Assembly (NCBI GenBank): GCA_033764015.1
Contig: JANRJK010000006.1
Location: 1 to 59,321 of the forward strand
From: Candidatus Sumerlaeia bacterium
GTDB lineage: Bacteria > Sumerlaeota > Sumerlaeia > SLMS01 > JANRJK01
Reading direction: 5' to 3'
Length of the DNA: 59,321 bases
Made by a program: the position numbers and the translations under genes
In this document: positions 12,340 to 22,830 of the stretch, in pieces
How positions within the stretch are numbered: position 1 is the first letter of the stretch
How the letters are laid out: every line of letters begins with the position of its first letter
The notes under the pieces: generated by a model
What the model saw: the letters and a program-made list of their open reading frames with translations, nothing else
Told to the model about the DNA's origin: nothing
Database searches by the model: none

Positions 12340-12933
12340 TCAGGCGCCTCGCGTTAGCCGCGCCTGCAGCCGCTCCCGCACGCGGGGCCATTCCGTGTCG
12401 AGGATGCTGAACCAGACGGAGTCGCGCCAGGTGCCGTCGGGGCGCTGGCGGTGCTTGCGGAAAACGCCCTCCTGCGTGGCGCCGAGGCGGAGGATGGCCT
12501 CGCGGGAGCGGGTGTTGAGGTGGTCGGTCTTGAACTCGACGCGGACGGCGCCGAGATCGTCGAAGGCATGGGACAGGAGGAGCATCTTGCACTGCGTGTT
12601 GACGGCGGTGCGCCGGTGGGCGGGTCCGAGCCAGGTCCAGCCGATCTCGAGGCGGCGGTGGGCGCGCTCGATGGCGAGGTAGCGGGTGCTGCCCGCGAGG
12701 GCGCCGTCGGCGTCGAGGATGGCGAAGGGGACCTCGGTGCCCGCGTCGCGGGCGGCGAGCGCCTCCGCGATCCATCGCTCCATCGCCGCGGGCGATTCCG
12801 CGGGCCGGCTCGGCAGCCACGTCCAGATGTCCGCATCGGCGCCTAGGGCGAGGAGGCCGGGCGCGTGCTCCGCCGCGAGCGGCGTCAGCCGGGCATGGGG
12901 ACCGGCGAGTGTGACTGGCTTCGGATCGAACAT
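12340..12933 (-). CDS. GNAT family (RimJ/RimL-like) N-acetyltransferase
   Basis: GSTRY, LEIGWTWL, RTAVNTQCKMLLLSHAF, RVEFKTD, RLGATQEGVFRKH, RDSVWFSIL. Confidence 0.92.
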   Translation of the reverse strand: MFDPKPVTLAGPHARLTPLAAEHAPGLLALGADADIWTWLPSRPAESPAAMERWIAEALAARDAGTEVPFAILDADGALAGSTRYLAIERAHRRLEIGWTWLGPAHRRTAVNTQCKMLLLSHAFDDLGAVRVEFKTDHLNTRSREAILRLGATQEGVFRKHRQRPDGTWRDSVWFSILDTEWPRVRERLQARLTRGA

Positions 12934-13044
12934 GGCGCGTCCTTCACGATGAGGGTTGCGGATACCTTTTCGCGTGCCCCCGGGCCCGCGGATTCAGGAG
13001 CTTCGCGCCGGAGACAAGACCAACCGCCCGCGCGTCCCGTATCC

Positions 13045-15357
13045 ATGGCCACCCAACAGAAGCGCAACATCCCCCGACTGACCGACCCGAAGTTCTATTT
13101 GGACCGCGAGCTCTCGTGGCTCGCGTTCAACGACCGTGTGATCGAGGAGGCGGAGGACCCGACGACTCCGCTCCTGGAGCGCCTGAGGTTCCTCGGCATC
13201 GCGTCGAGCAACCTCGACGAGTTCTTCATGGTGCGCGTTTCCGGGATCCAGGAGCAGGTGGCGGCGGGCATCCGCACGCGCAACCCGGCGGGTTACACTC
13301 CGCAGGAGCAGCTCACGCTGGTGTACGAGCGCGTGCGCGAGCAGGTGGCGCGCTTCCTTGGCTGCTTCCGCACGCAGATCGAGCCGGCGCTGCGCGACGA
13401 GGGCATCCGGATCAACCGGGTCGCGGAGCTGCGGGGCGAGCAGCGCCGCTTCGTGCAGGAGTACTTCGACCACGAAGTGTTCCCGGTGCTGACGCCGCTG
13501 GCGGTGGACTCGGCGCACCCGTTCCCGCACTTGCGCAACCTGTCGCTGAACCTCGCGGTGCTGCTGGAGCCGCCGGAGGACCATCCGGGGGCGGCGGCGC
13601 GCTTCGCGGTGGTGCAGGTGCCGCAGGTGATCGACCGCGTGACGCAGCTCCCCGCGCCGGAGGACCGCTACGAGATTTTCCTCCTCGAGGATCTGATCTC
13701 CTCGGAGATCGAAGTGCTCTTCCCCGGGCAGAAGGTGCGCGAGGTGCGCGCCTTCCGCGTGACGCGCGACGCCGACATCGAGTTCGCCGAGGAGGAGGCG
13801 GACGATCTGCTGAAGACCATCGAGGAGGAGCTCCGCGACCGCGAGCGCGGGAGCGCCGTGCGCCTCACGGTGGAGCAGGAGACGAGCGACGACCTGTGCG
13901 CGATCCTCGCGCACGCGCTCGGCCTGCAGGCCATGCAGGTGTTCCGCGTGACCGGCCCCATCGCGATCCAGGACGTGGCGAACATCTGCAACACGGTGCC
14001 GCGCGAAGACCTCAAGTACCCGCCCTTCACTCCGGCGACGCGCGACCCGATCCGCCCGAAGGCGAACGTCTTCGCCGTGGTGAGCCGCGAGGAGGTGCTG
14101 CTGCACCATCCCTACGAGTCCTTCGGCCCGGTGGTGGACTTCATCGAGCAGGCGGCCTCGGACCCGAACGTGCTCGCGATCAAGCAGACGCTCTACCGCA
14201 CCTCCGGCGATTCGCAGATCGTCAAGGCGCTGATGCGCGCGGCGGGGAACGGGAAGCAGGTCGCCGCGTTGCTGGAGCTGAAGGCGCGCTTCGACGAGCA
14301 GCGCAACATCAGTTGGGCGCGCGCGCTGGAGAAGTCCGGCGTGCACGTGGTCTATGGCCTGGTGGGACTGAAGACGCACGCGAAGATCGCTATGGTGGTG
14401 CGGCGCGAGGAGGGCGGCATCCGCCGCTACGTGCACCTCGGCACCGGCAACTACAACCCCAACACCGCGCGCCTTTACACGGACCTCGGGCTGCTGACGT
14501 GCGACCCGGACCTTTGCGACGACGCGACGGAGCTGTTCAACCTGCTGACGGGCTACTCGGACCGCCCGGAGTGGGCGAAGATGATCGTGGCGCCGGTGGA
14601 CATGCGCGACAAGTTCACCGAGCTGATCGAGGCGGAGCGCAAGAAGGCGCTGGCCGGCAAGCGCGGGCGGATCCGGGCGAAGTTCAACTCGCTCGAGGAT
14701 CCCCGCGTGATCCGCGAGCTTTACGCCGCGAGCCAGGCCGGCGTGCAGATCGACCTCATCATCCGCGGGCTCTGCTGCCTGCGGCCCGGCGTCGAGGGTG
14801 TCTCCGACAACATCCGGGTCTACTCGATCGTGGACCGCTTCCTCGAGCACTCGCGCGTGTTCATCTTCGGCGACGCGGGCGATGAGAAGGTGTACCTGTC
14901 CTCGGCGGACTGGATGCGGCGAAACCTGGACCGGCGCGTCGAGCTGGTCTTCCCGATCGACGACAAGGCGCTGAAGCACCGGATGATCCACGAGGTGTTC
15001 GGGATGTCCATGGGCGATAACGTGAAGCGGCGCCAACTGCTGCCGGACGGGCGCTACGTGCGCGTCCCGCGCCGCGAGGGCGAGGCTCCCGTGCGTTCGC
15101 AGTTCGCCTTCCTGGACCTCGAGCGGAAGATCCGCGAGCGCGCGGAGAAGCAGGAGCTGGCCGACGCGCTGGCCGGGGCGGCGGAGGCGGCGGACGCGAA
15201 GAGCCGGAGGCTGCCGCTGCGCCCCGCGCAGCCCGCCGCGCGGACGCCTGCGCCGATCGTGAAGCCCGCGAACCGCCGGGCGAAGGCGGAGACGCCGGCG
15301 CCGCAACCGCCGCCGGCACCCGCCAAGAAGACGAAGCGCGGGAAGTCCGCGACCTGA
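13045..15357 (+). CDS. ppk1: Polyphosphate kinase 1
   Basis: RELSWLAFNDRV, SNLDEFFMVRV, LHHPYESF, IKQTLYRT, ELKARFDE, KTHAK, GTGNYN, RFLEHSR. Start at MATQQK. Confidence 0.97.
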   Translation: MATQQKRNIPRLTDPKFYLDRELSWLAFNDRVIEEAEDPTTPLLERLRFLGIASSNLDEFFMVRVSGIQEQVAAGIRTRNPAGYTPQEQLTLVYERVREQVARFLGCFRTQIEPALRDEGIRINRVAELRGEQRRFVQEYFDHEVFPVLTPLAVDSAHPFPHLRNLSLNLAVLLEPPEDHPGAAARFAVVQVPQVIDRVTQLPAPEDRYEIFLLEDLISSEIEVLFPGQKVREVRAFRVTRDADIEFAEEEADDLLKTIEEELRDRERGSAVRLTVEQETSDDLCAILAHALGLQAMQVFRVTGPIAIQDVANICNTVPREDLKYPPFTPATRDPIRPKANVFAVVSREEVLLHHPYESFGPVVDFIEQAASDPNVLAIKQTLYRTSGDSQIVKALMRAAGNGKQVAALLELKARFDEQRNISWARALEKSGVHVVYGLVGLKTHAKIAMVVRREEGGIRRYVHLGTGNYNPNTARLYTDLGLLTCDPDLCDDATELFNLLTGYSDRPEWAKMIVAPVDMRDKFTELIEAERKKALAGKRGRIRAKFNSLEDPRVIRELYAASQAGVQIDLIIRGLCCLRPGVEGVSDNIRVYSIVDRFLEHSRVFIFGDAGDEKVYLSSADWMRRNLDRRVELVFPIDDKALKHRMIHEVFGMSMGDNVKRRQLLPDGRYVRVPRREGEAPVRSQFAFLDLERKIRERAEKQELADALAGAAEAADAKSRRLPLRPAQPAARTPAPIVKPANRRAKAETPAPQPPPAPAKKTKRGKSAT

Positions 15358-15385
15358 ACAAGACCCGGCCAAGGAGGCGGGCGCC

Positions 15386-16672
<1,287 letters not shown>

Positions 16673-16773
16673 AGCCACAATTCTCCTAGCATGTTCGCCG
16701 GGACCACTCCACACTGCGAAAGCGACAAGATGATGCTCACGAACACGCACCTCCGCCGAAAGGGACATGGACG

Positions 16774-19419
16774 ATGAGCCCGGTCCCAGCAAACTCGGAA
16801 TCCCGCCTCGGGCCGTTCGCGGCCACGATCTGGTGCCGTTTGGACAGCAAGTCCGACTTCCGCATGGTCTCGTCCTCGCCGAAGACCGGCGACCTGACCC
16901 CCGCGCTTCTGGAGGAGGCGGGCACGCTGGCGGTGGAACTAGTGGGCGAGGCGCCTCCCGACTCGCCCTGCGAAGGCGCGATGGGACACACGCGCTCGCG
17001 CTCGGACTCCGGCTACTTCCATGTCATGCTGCTGCGCCGTTCCGGCGGCTTCGACCAGCCGCTGCGCATCGTCGTGACGCTTCCGGAGGAGCAGTACGCG
17101 CTCGCCGGGTACAACCCCTACGAGCTGCGCCAGGCGAACCTCTTCGCCTTCGCCAACATGGTGGTGGAAGCCGGGATCCCCGCGCCGTGCGAAGACGCGC
17201 GCGGCGTCCTGCTCGAAGGGCGCTACCTGCCGAAGGGCACGAAGCCGGACCACCTGACGCACATCCAGCCCGCCATCGGGCCGCTGCTGCAGCTCGACGA
17301 CCTGGTGGTGCACGCGAAGCAGTCGCAACCCGAGCTGCCGCTCCTAGTGGAGACGCTGTTCTGGTGCCTGCCGGCGACGCTGCGGCGCGACTTCGACTTC
17401 GTGTCGTTGTCGCACGCGGACCGGCGCCTGCTCCAGCGGCGCTCCCCGGTGATCGCCTTCCACCTGTCGCCGAAGGGCATCGTGTGGGATCCGGGCGAGA
17501 TCGAACTCGAAGTGGACGCCTACGAGTCCGGAGTGCAGGAGATCATGGGGCGCAAGCGTGCGGCGCTGGCGACGCTGGCGACCTCGCGGGAGACCGACCC
17601 GGGCGACCGGTTGCGGTCCTCGGACGACGTGCTCCTCGTGACGCCGGCACCGGTGCCCCGCGCGGGCGACGACCAGGAGGCGCGCAAGCGCTTCGGAGAA
17701 CTGAACGACAAGATGGAAACGATCTCGGGGCGGTTCTCCGAGGTCGAGGAGCGGCTCGACCAGCTCGCGAACCAGATCATGTCGCTGCCCGCCCCCTCGA
17801 GCGTGAACGTCACGCTGGACGACGTGCGGCGCATCGTGCAGGGCCAGCTCGCGCGCGGCAGCAGCAACAGCACGGAGCAGATCAGCGAGCTCGCGGAGCG
17901 CCTGGACGGCCTCGCCGACCTGATGCACAACCGGCTCGGGATGCTGGAGTCGCGCGTCGAGGGGCTCAATCTGGGCGGCGCCGACACGCCGTTGCCGACC
18001 GTCGGCGCCGACGAGGAGACCCGCGCGGCGCTGGAGGAGTTGCGGTCGGAGCTGCCGCCGCTGCGCGAGGAGCTCGACACCCTACGCGAAGGGCTGCGCA
18101 TCGAGATCGAGGCGGCGCAGGAGGAGGGCATCCGCGGGCAGCAGCAGGCGCTCGGCGTCTCCGGCGCGGTCGACAAGATGCGCGCGGAGCTCGAAGCGCG
18201 CATGAAGGGGATCGACGCCGCGCTGGCGGCGGTTGGCGCCGAGGTGAAGGCGCTGCCGGAGCAGTTCCAGCGTCCCGAGGACCAGTTGGCGGAGGAGCGG
18301 CAACTGCGCGAGTCGCTGCTGGAGGAGATGCGCGCCAACTCGGAGCGCATCGAACAGGTGAAGCGCGCGGCGGACGAGGCGGTGGCGCAGTTCCGCCGCT
18401 CCGTGGACGACCGCATCGGCGCCATGGAAGGACGCGTGGCGGAGGTGACCGCCGCTCCGCCTCCCCCGCCGCCGAGCAAGATGCCGCTCGCCCTTTCGGC
18501 GATCGCGCTGATCGCGGCGGTCGCCGCGGTGGTGATGGCGACCAGCGGCGGGCCGGAGCCGGGCGCGGGCGGACCCGCGGTGGACACGGAAGCGCTGCAG
18601 GCGGGCGTGCTCACGCAGTCGCGGGCGGATATCGCGGCGCTGCGCAACTCGCTTACCTCGCAACTGCAGACGGCGGGCGAAGCGAACACGCGCGCGCTGC
18701 AGGAACTCGACGCGAAGCTCGCGGCGGCGCAGTCCGCGCTCGAGCAGCGCATCGCGGAGTCGGCGCGGCAGGCCCGGAGCGCCGCGGGCGGGCTGACTCC
18801 GGAGGACGCGCGCAAGCTGGCGGAGGTCGCCGACCAGCGCCTGCCGGCGCTCGAAGCGACGGTCGCCGCGCTGGGCCGCCAGAGGCCCGCCGCTGGGGGC
18901 GCGGGCACCGGGGCCGCGTCGTCCACGCAAGTCGCGGACGAGGTGCGCCGCGCCATCGACAACGCCATCGCGCAGGGCCAGCTGGTCTCGGCGCGGGACT
19001 TCCAAGGCACGCAGGACGTGCTGAAGCGCATGCTCTCCACGCGCACGCGCGGCGAGTGGGACACGGCTTCGGGAGCCGCAGCGCCGCTGGTGGTGCGCTG
19101 GGATCCGACGCTGGATGGCAAGCTGCGTGTCCGCGTGTCGGGCGGGCGCTGGACGGTGACGGACCCGCCGGCCAACGGGCGGGCGGGCTGGACCGCGACC
19201 AATCAAGCCACCGGCGACGGGGGCGACCTGCTGATCGGCTACGGCGGCGACGCCACGCAGACGGCCAGCTACCGCGTGACGCTTCGCGGGCAGGGCACCG
19301 CCACCGCGCCCGCGGCGCAGAACAAGACGCTGCAAATCGACGTGTACGCCGCTCCGCGCGGCTGGGGGTTGGAATCCCCCTTGGGACTACTGGACGTAAA
19401 ACTCACCGAAGGACCATAG
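16774..19419 (+). CDS. Hypothetical membrane protein: GAP1-N/M-like N-terminus, long coiled coil, one TM helix, C-terminal coiled-coil and beta domain
   Basis: Host-like codon use. YNPYEL and LFWCLPATLRRDFDFVS resemble GAP1-N/GAP1-M motifs. Heptad-rich middle region; hydrophobic LALSAIALIAAVAAVVMA. Confidence 0.7.
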   Translation: MSPVPANSESRLGPFAATIWCRLDSKSDFRMVSSSPKTGDLTPALLEEAGTLAVELVGEAPPDSPCEGAMGHTRSRSDSGYFHVMLLRRSGGFDQPLRIVVTLPEEQYALAGYNPYELRQANLFAFANMVVEAGIPAPCEDARGVLLEGRYLPKGTKPDHLTHIQPAIGPLLQLDDLVVHAKQSQPELPLLVETLFWCLPATLRRDFDFVSLSHADRRLLQRRSPVIAFHLSPKGIVWDPGEIELEVDAYESGVQEIMGRKRAALATLATSRETDPGDRLRSSDDVLLVTPAPVPRAGDDQEARKRFGELNDKMETISGRFSEVEERLDQLANQIMSLPAPSSVNVTLDDVRRIVQGQLARGSSNSTEQISELAERLDGLADLMHNRLGMLESRVEGLNLGGADTPLPTVGADEETRAALEELRSELPPLREELDTLREGLRIEIEAAQEEGIRGQQQALGVSGAVDKMRAELEARMKGIDAALAAVGAEVKALPEQFQRPEDQLAEERQLRESLLEEMRANSERIEQVKRAADEAVAQFRRSVDDRIGAMEGRVAEVTAAPPPPPPSKMPLALSAIALIAAVAAVVMATSGGPEPGAGGPAVDTEALQAGVLTQSRADIAALRNSLTSQLQTAGEANTRALQELDAKLAAAQSALEQRIAESARQARSAAGGLTPEDARKLAEVADQRLPALEATVAALGRQRPAAGGAGTGAASSTQVADEVRRAIDNAIAQGQLVSARDFQGTQDVLKRMLSTRTRGEWDTASGAAAPLVVRWDPTLDGKLRVRVSGGRWTVTDPPANGRAGWTATNQATGDGGDLLIGYGGDATQTASYRVTLRGQGTATAPAAQNKTLQIDVYAAPRGWGLESPLGLLDVKLTEGP

Positions 19420-19421
19420 CC

Positions 19422-19646
19422 ATGCCGCCGTTCCGCAGAGGGAAAGCTCCGAAGATCCGCCCCGACGACTACTACATGGAAGGGGACGTGGTGGTCTTCA
19501 ACGAGAGCTACCATCTGCGGCGCGGCTACTGCTGCCTCAGCGCTTGTCGGCATTGTCCTTGGCGGAAGAAGGCGCAAGAGGCCCGCGCGCAACGGACGAA
19601 GACCGGCACCGAGGACGGTTCCGGCCAAGGGCAGGACGTGGGATAG
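19422..19646 (+). CDS. Small Cys-rich DUF5522-like protein
   Basis: DYYMEGDVVVFNESYHLRRGYCCLSACRHCPW; ATG lies 3 nt after the upstream stop. Confidence 0.85.
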   Translation: MPPFRRGKAPKIRPDDYYMEGDVVVFNESYHLRRGYCCLSACRHCPWRKKAQEARAQRTKTGTEDGSGQGQDVG

Positions 19647-19703
19647 CGGGCGCCGGGGCGGGATGCGCTTTCGCGCGCGCCCGCCCATGCCCAATCCTGT
19701 TCG

Positions 19704-20921
19704 TCAGGGAGCCGCGGGGGTGGCCGCGGGGGAAGCCTGTTGCTGCTGTACCGGGGTCGAAGTGGCGGGGACGTCGTCGCCGGTGATCACCTTCTGGATC
19801 GTCGGCACCACGAAGGCCATGATCACGGCGGCGAGCGTCACGATCGCCAGCAGGAGTACCGCGGCGTAGACGCGCTTCGAGAGGCGCTGGAAGCGGTCCT
19901 CGATCATCGGGGCGATGCGGGAGTTCAGTTCGTTGGCGACGGCGGCGCGCGCTTCTGTCTGCACGAGCTGCGGGATCTTCGATTCGCTGGCGACGGCGAT
20001 GGCGCGCTCGGCGATCTCGGGGAGCTTCTCCTTGGCGACGAGCGGAACGATCTTCTGCGCCTGCTGCTGGATGACGACGACGACGCCCTCGCCGATCTCC
20101 TGCGCCTTCTCCATGGCTGCCTTGTCCACGCGGGTCTGGATCTCGCGGGGCAGGTTGTTCTCGATGGATTCGCGGAGGCGGTCGCGGATCATGCCGGGGA
20201 GCATCGTGTCGACGGCGCGCTTCACGGTCTTTTCGGTCTGTGCGACGAGGATCTGCTCCATGGCCTCGGTGACCTTGCGCTCGGCGAGCTTCTCGATCAT
20301 CGAGCGGGCGACTTCCTGGACGGTGACCTTGACGAGCGCCTGCTCCTTGTCGCTGACGAGGGCGGTGACGCGGGCGTCGACCTCGCGCTTGGCGCGCTGG
20401 TCGATGATGGAGACGATGGACTGGATCGCGCGTTCGACGATGATCTGGATCTTGCGTTCGACGGCCTGTTGGATCTTGTGCTCGGCCAGCTCGTTCATGT
20501 GCCGTTCGGAGGCGTCGGTGAGGTACTGCTCGGCCTGGTTGCGGAGCTGCTGGTCGAGGATCGCCTCGCGCGCCTTCGTGGTGATCTGCATCGGGGTGAA
20601 GGGCTTGGCGAGGTAGCCGACGGCGCCGCGGAGCGACTGGTTGGAGCGCTCGCTTAGCTCTTCCTCGGGGACGAGGAGCAGCACGGGGATCTGGTGCGTT
20701 TCGCTGTCGGTCTTGATGAAGCGGGTGGTTTCGAGGCCGTCGAGCCCCTCCATGGAGGAGTCGATGAGGATGAGGTCGAACTGCTCGAGGTCGGGGTGGC
20801 TGAGCGCGGCCAAGCCGTTGCTGGCGGTGGTGACGCGGTAGCCGTTCTCCTCGAGGGCGGCCTTGGCCATGTCCTGTACCGCTGCGGATTCGTCGATGAG
20901 GAGGACGCGTTCTCCGGCCAT
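19704..20921 (-). CDS. Receiver-domain protein with helical repeats and a C-terminal TM helix (RomR-like)
   Basis: REC: VLLIDES, DLILID, YLAKPF. Repeated helical motifs such as VAKEKLPEIAERAI; hydrophobic C-terminal VYAAVLLLAIVTLAAVIMAFVV. Confidence 0.85.
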   Translation of the reverse strand: MAGERVLLIDESAAVQDMAKAALEENGYRVTTASNGLAALSHPDLEQFDLILIDSSMEGLDGLETTRFIKTDSETHQIPVLLLVPEEELSERSNQSLRGAVGYLAKPFTPMQITTKAREAILDQQLRNQAEQYLTDASERHMNELAEHKIQQAVERKIQIIVERAIQSIVSIIDQRAKREVDARVTALVSDKEQALVKVTVQEVARSMIEKLAERKVTEAMEQILVAQTEKTVKRAVDTMLPGMIRDRLRESIENNLPREIQTRVDKAAMEKAQEIGEGVVVVIQQQAQKIVPLVAKEKLPEIAERAIAVASESKIPQLVQTEARAAVANELNSRIAPMIEDRFQRLSKRVYAAVLLLAIVTLAAVIMAFVVPTIQKVITGDDVPATSTPVQQQQASPAATPAAP

Positions 20922-20959
20922 TCGATGCTACCCCGTGGTTGGTTGGGTCTGGAGCGCGC

Positions 20960-22258
20960 TCAGGCGGCGAGCTTGAGGGCCGCCTGCACGCGGTCCTCTA
21001 GGTTGAACTGGCCGCCGTGGCGCATGCGCACGCGGGGCGAGAAGGTGTTGAGCGTTTCGCGGACGATCTTCATGGTCTGGCGCTCGCCCATGCGGGAGGC
21101 GAACATGCGGTACGCGAGATCGAGCAGGTTGAAGAGCGCCTCCATGGAATCCTCGTAGGTGTCCTGGATGGCGGCGGAGAACTCGAAGGCGGCGAAGTAC
21201 GCCTCGACGCGGCTGGCGTCGATGTGGTTGCCGCGCACCACCACGAGGTCGGCGCGGGTGAATGTCATCGTGAGGTCGCGCCACATGCGGTCGAGCGCGT
21301 TCCGCTCCGCGGTGGCGGTGCGGTAGTCCTTGGTGTTCGAGAGCGCTTCGACGGCGGCGTTGATGAAGGCGGAGAGCGCGCCGACCGGCGAGATGAAGTC
21401 GAGGTGGTCGGCGGCCTTGTCCTTCTTGCCGCCGCCGAGGAGCGACAGCAGCGAGGGCCCGCCGGACGCCTTCTTCTGGGGGCCGCGCGCGAGTTCGTCG
21501 ACCCCGGGACCGGCCGCGCCGGGTCCGGGGACGGGGATCATGGCGGCCTGCGGCGCGCGCACTTCGAGGATGCCCTTGCGGACGAATTGATAGAGGATGT
21601 TGAAGACTTCGAAGCGGCCCATGGCGGACCGGTTGATGACGGCGCGGACGGAGCACTTGCCGTTGAGCGCGGCGAGGACGCGCCATTCCGTCGGGCTGAG
21701 CTTGAGTTCGCGCTTGAATTCGTCGCCGAGCTTTTTGACCGACACGATCGTGTGGTCGTCCGGCAGCGTCTTCTGGATCTTCTTCCACTCGTCGTGGCGG
21801 CGCGTGCCTTCGAGGATCAGCGGCTCGATGTCGATGCCGACGATCGCGTCGCCGAGCTTGTCCGCTTCGACCGCTTCGAAGCGGAACTCGCCCTCCTCCC
21901 ACGCGAAGAGGTTCCAGATCTCCTCCTCGAGCTGGAGGCGGAGCACCTCGCGGATCTGCTGCTCCGTGACGTAGTCGCGCTCGACGAGGATCTGGCCCAC
22001 GCGCTTGTCGGTTTCGACGGTGCGCTGGAGGCGGAGCACCTCGGAGAGCGTCGAGCGCCGGAGGATGCCGCGCTGGATGAGGAGCTCGCCCAGGCGGCGC
22101 TGGCGTTCGATGGAGGAGGAGTTGATGATGCGGCCGTGCCGGACGTGGAGGACGATCTCCTGTCCGCCGCGCGAGAGCGTGAGCAGGCCCGATCCCTTCC
22201 CCATGCTGAGGAACTGTAGGATTTCGGGGAGTTGGATCTGCGCGAGACTGCCTTGCAT
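20960..22258 (-). CDS. DUF4388/PATAN-domain protein with tandem MshEN-like motifs
   Basis: MQGSLAQIQLPEILQFL...SGLLTL, LFAWEEGEFRF; RLGELLIQRGIL...LRLQ and RVGQILVERDYV...LRLQ. Confidence 0.85.
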   Translation of the reverse strand: MQGSLAQIQLPEILQFLSMGKGSGLLTLSRGGQEIVLHVRHGRIINSSSIERQRRLGELLIQRGILRRSTLSEVLRLQRTVETDKRVGQILVERDYVTEQQIREVLRLQLEEEIWNLFAWEEGEFRFEAVEADKLGDAIVGIDIEPLILEGTRRHDEWKKIQKTLPDDHTIVSVKKLGDEFKRELKLSPTEWRVLAALNGKCSVRAVINRSAMGRFEVFNILYQFVRKGILEVRAPQAAMIPVPGPGAAGPGVDELARGPQKKASGGPSLLSLLGGGKKDKAADHLDFISPVGALSAFINAAVEALSNTKDYRTATAERNALDRMWRDLTMTFTRADLVVVRGNHIDASRVEAYFAAFEFSAAIQDTYEDSMEALFNLLDLAYRMFASRMGERQTMKIVRETLNTFSPRVRMRHGGQFNLEDRVQAALKLAA

Positions 22259-22301
22259 GTGGCTGCTTCCGGGGGCTCGGCGGGGCGGTGGGCGGGGCCG
22301 G

Positions 22302-22784
22302 TCAGTCTTTGAAGAGGTCGTCGAGGCGGTCTTCGACGTCCTGTTCGATTTCGACCTTCTGGTTGGCGGGGAGGCGCTTCTTGCGCGCCAGGACCAGCGT
22401 CTCGTTGAGCATCTTGGCGCACTCCTTGGAGTAGAGGCGCACCATGCCGATCGTCGTGCGGTCGTCGAAGACGACCGTGAGGATCGTGTCGTCGTCGACG
22501 AGGACGTTGTGGATGTGCTCCTTGTTGCCCTGGTGGAAGAGCACCGAGAAGTCGCTTTCGCCGATGAGCTTGGCCATCGCGCGGGTGGACGAGAAGGAGC
22601 CGGCGATGAGCGCCGCCAGCGCGTCCGTGTCCACGTTCTGCGTGAAGCCCTTCTTGGCGAGGCACTTGCCGTCCACGTCGACGAGGATGGCGCACTTCGC
22701 CTCGGACTGCTTCAGCATCTGGAGCAGCGAGCGGTGGATCTGCGTGATGTCGGTCTTCGTGAGAATGAGCGGGCTATTGGCCAT
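22302..22784 (-). CDS. mglB: MglB, Roadblock/LC7 GTPase-activating protein
   Basis: LVDVDG, DTDALAALIAG, AKLIGESDFSVLFHQG, VFDDRTTIGMVRL and C-terminal DDLF helix, all as in myxobacterial MglB. Confidence 0.92.
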   Translation of the reverse strand: MANSPLILTKTDITQIHRSLLQMLKQSEAKCAILVDVDGKCLAKKGFTQNVDTDALAALIAGSFSSTRAMAKLIGESDFSVLFHQGNKEHIHNVLVDDDTILTVVFDDRTTIGMVRLYSKECAKMLNETLVLARKKRLPANQKVEIEQDVEDRLDDLFKD

Positions 22785-22830
22785 GTGTGTGCGTTCCTTT
22801 GCTCAACCCTTCCTTGGTCTCCGGCGGGGA

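Noticed and set aside
16767..19421. 959-aa ORF ending in the DUF5522-like motif
   Set aside because: Off-frame shadow of the 881-aa gene; only 19422-19646 looks coding in that frame.
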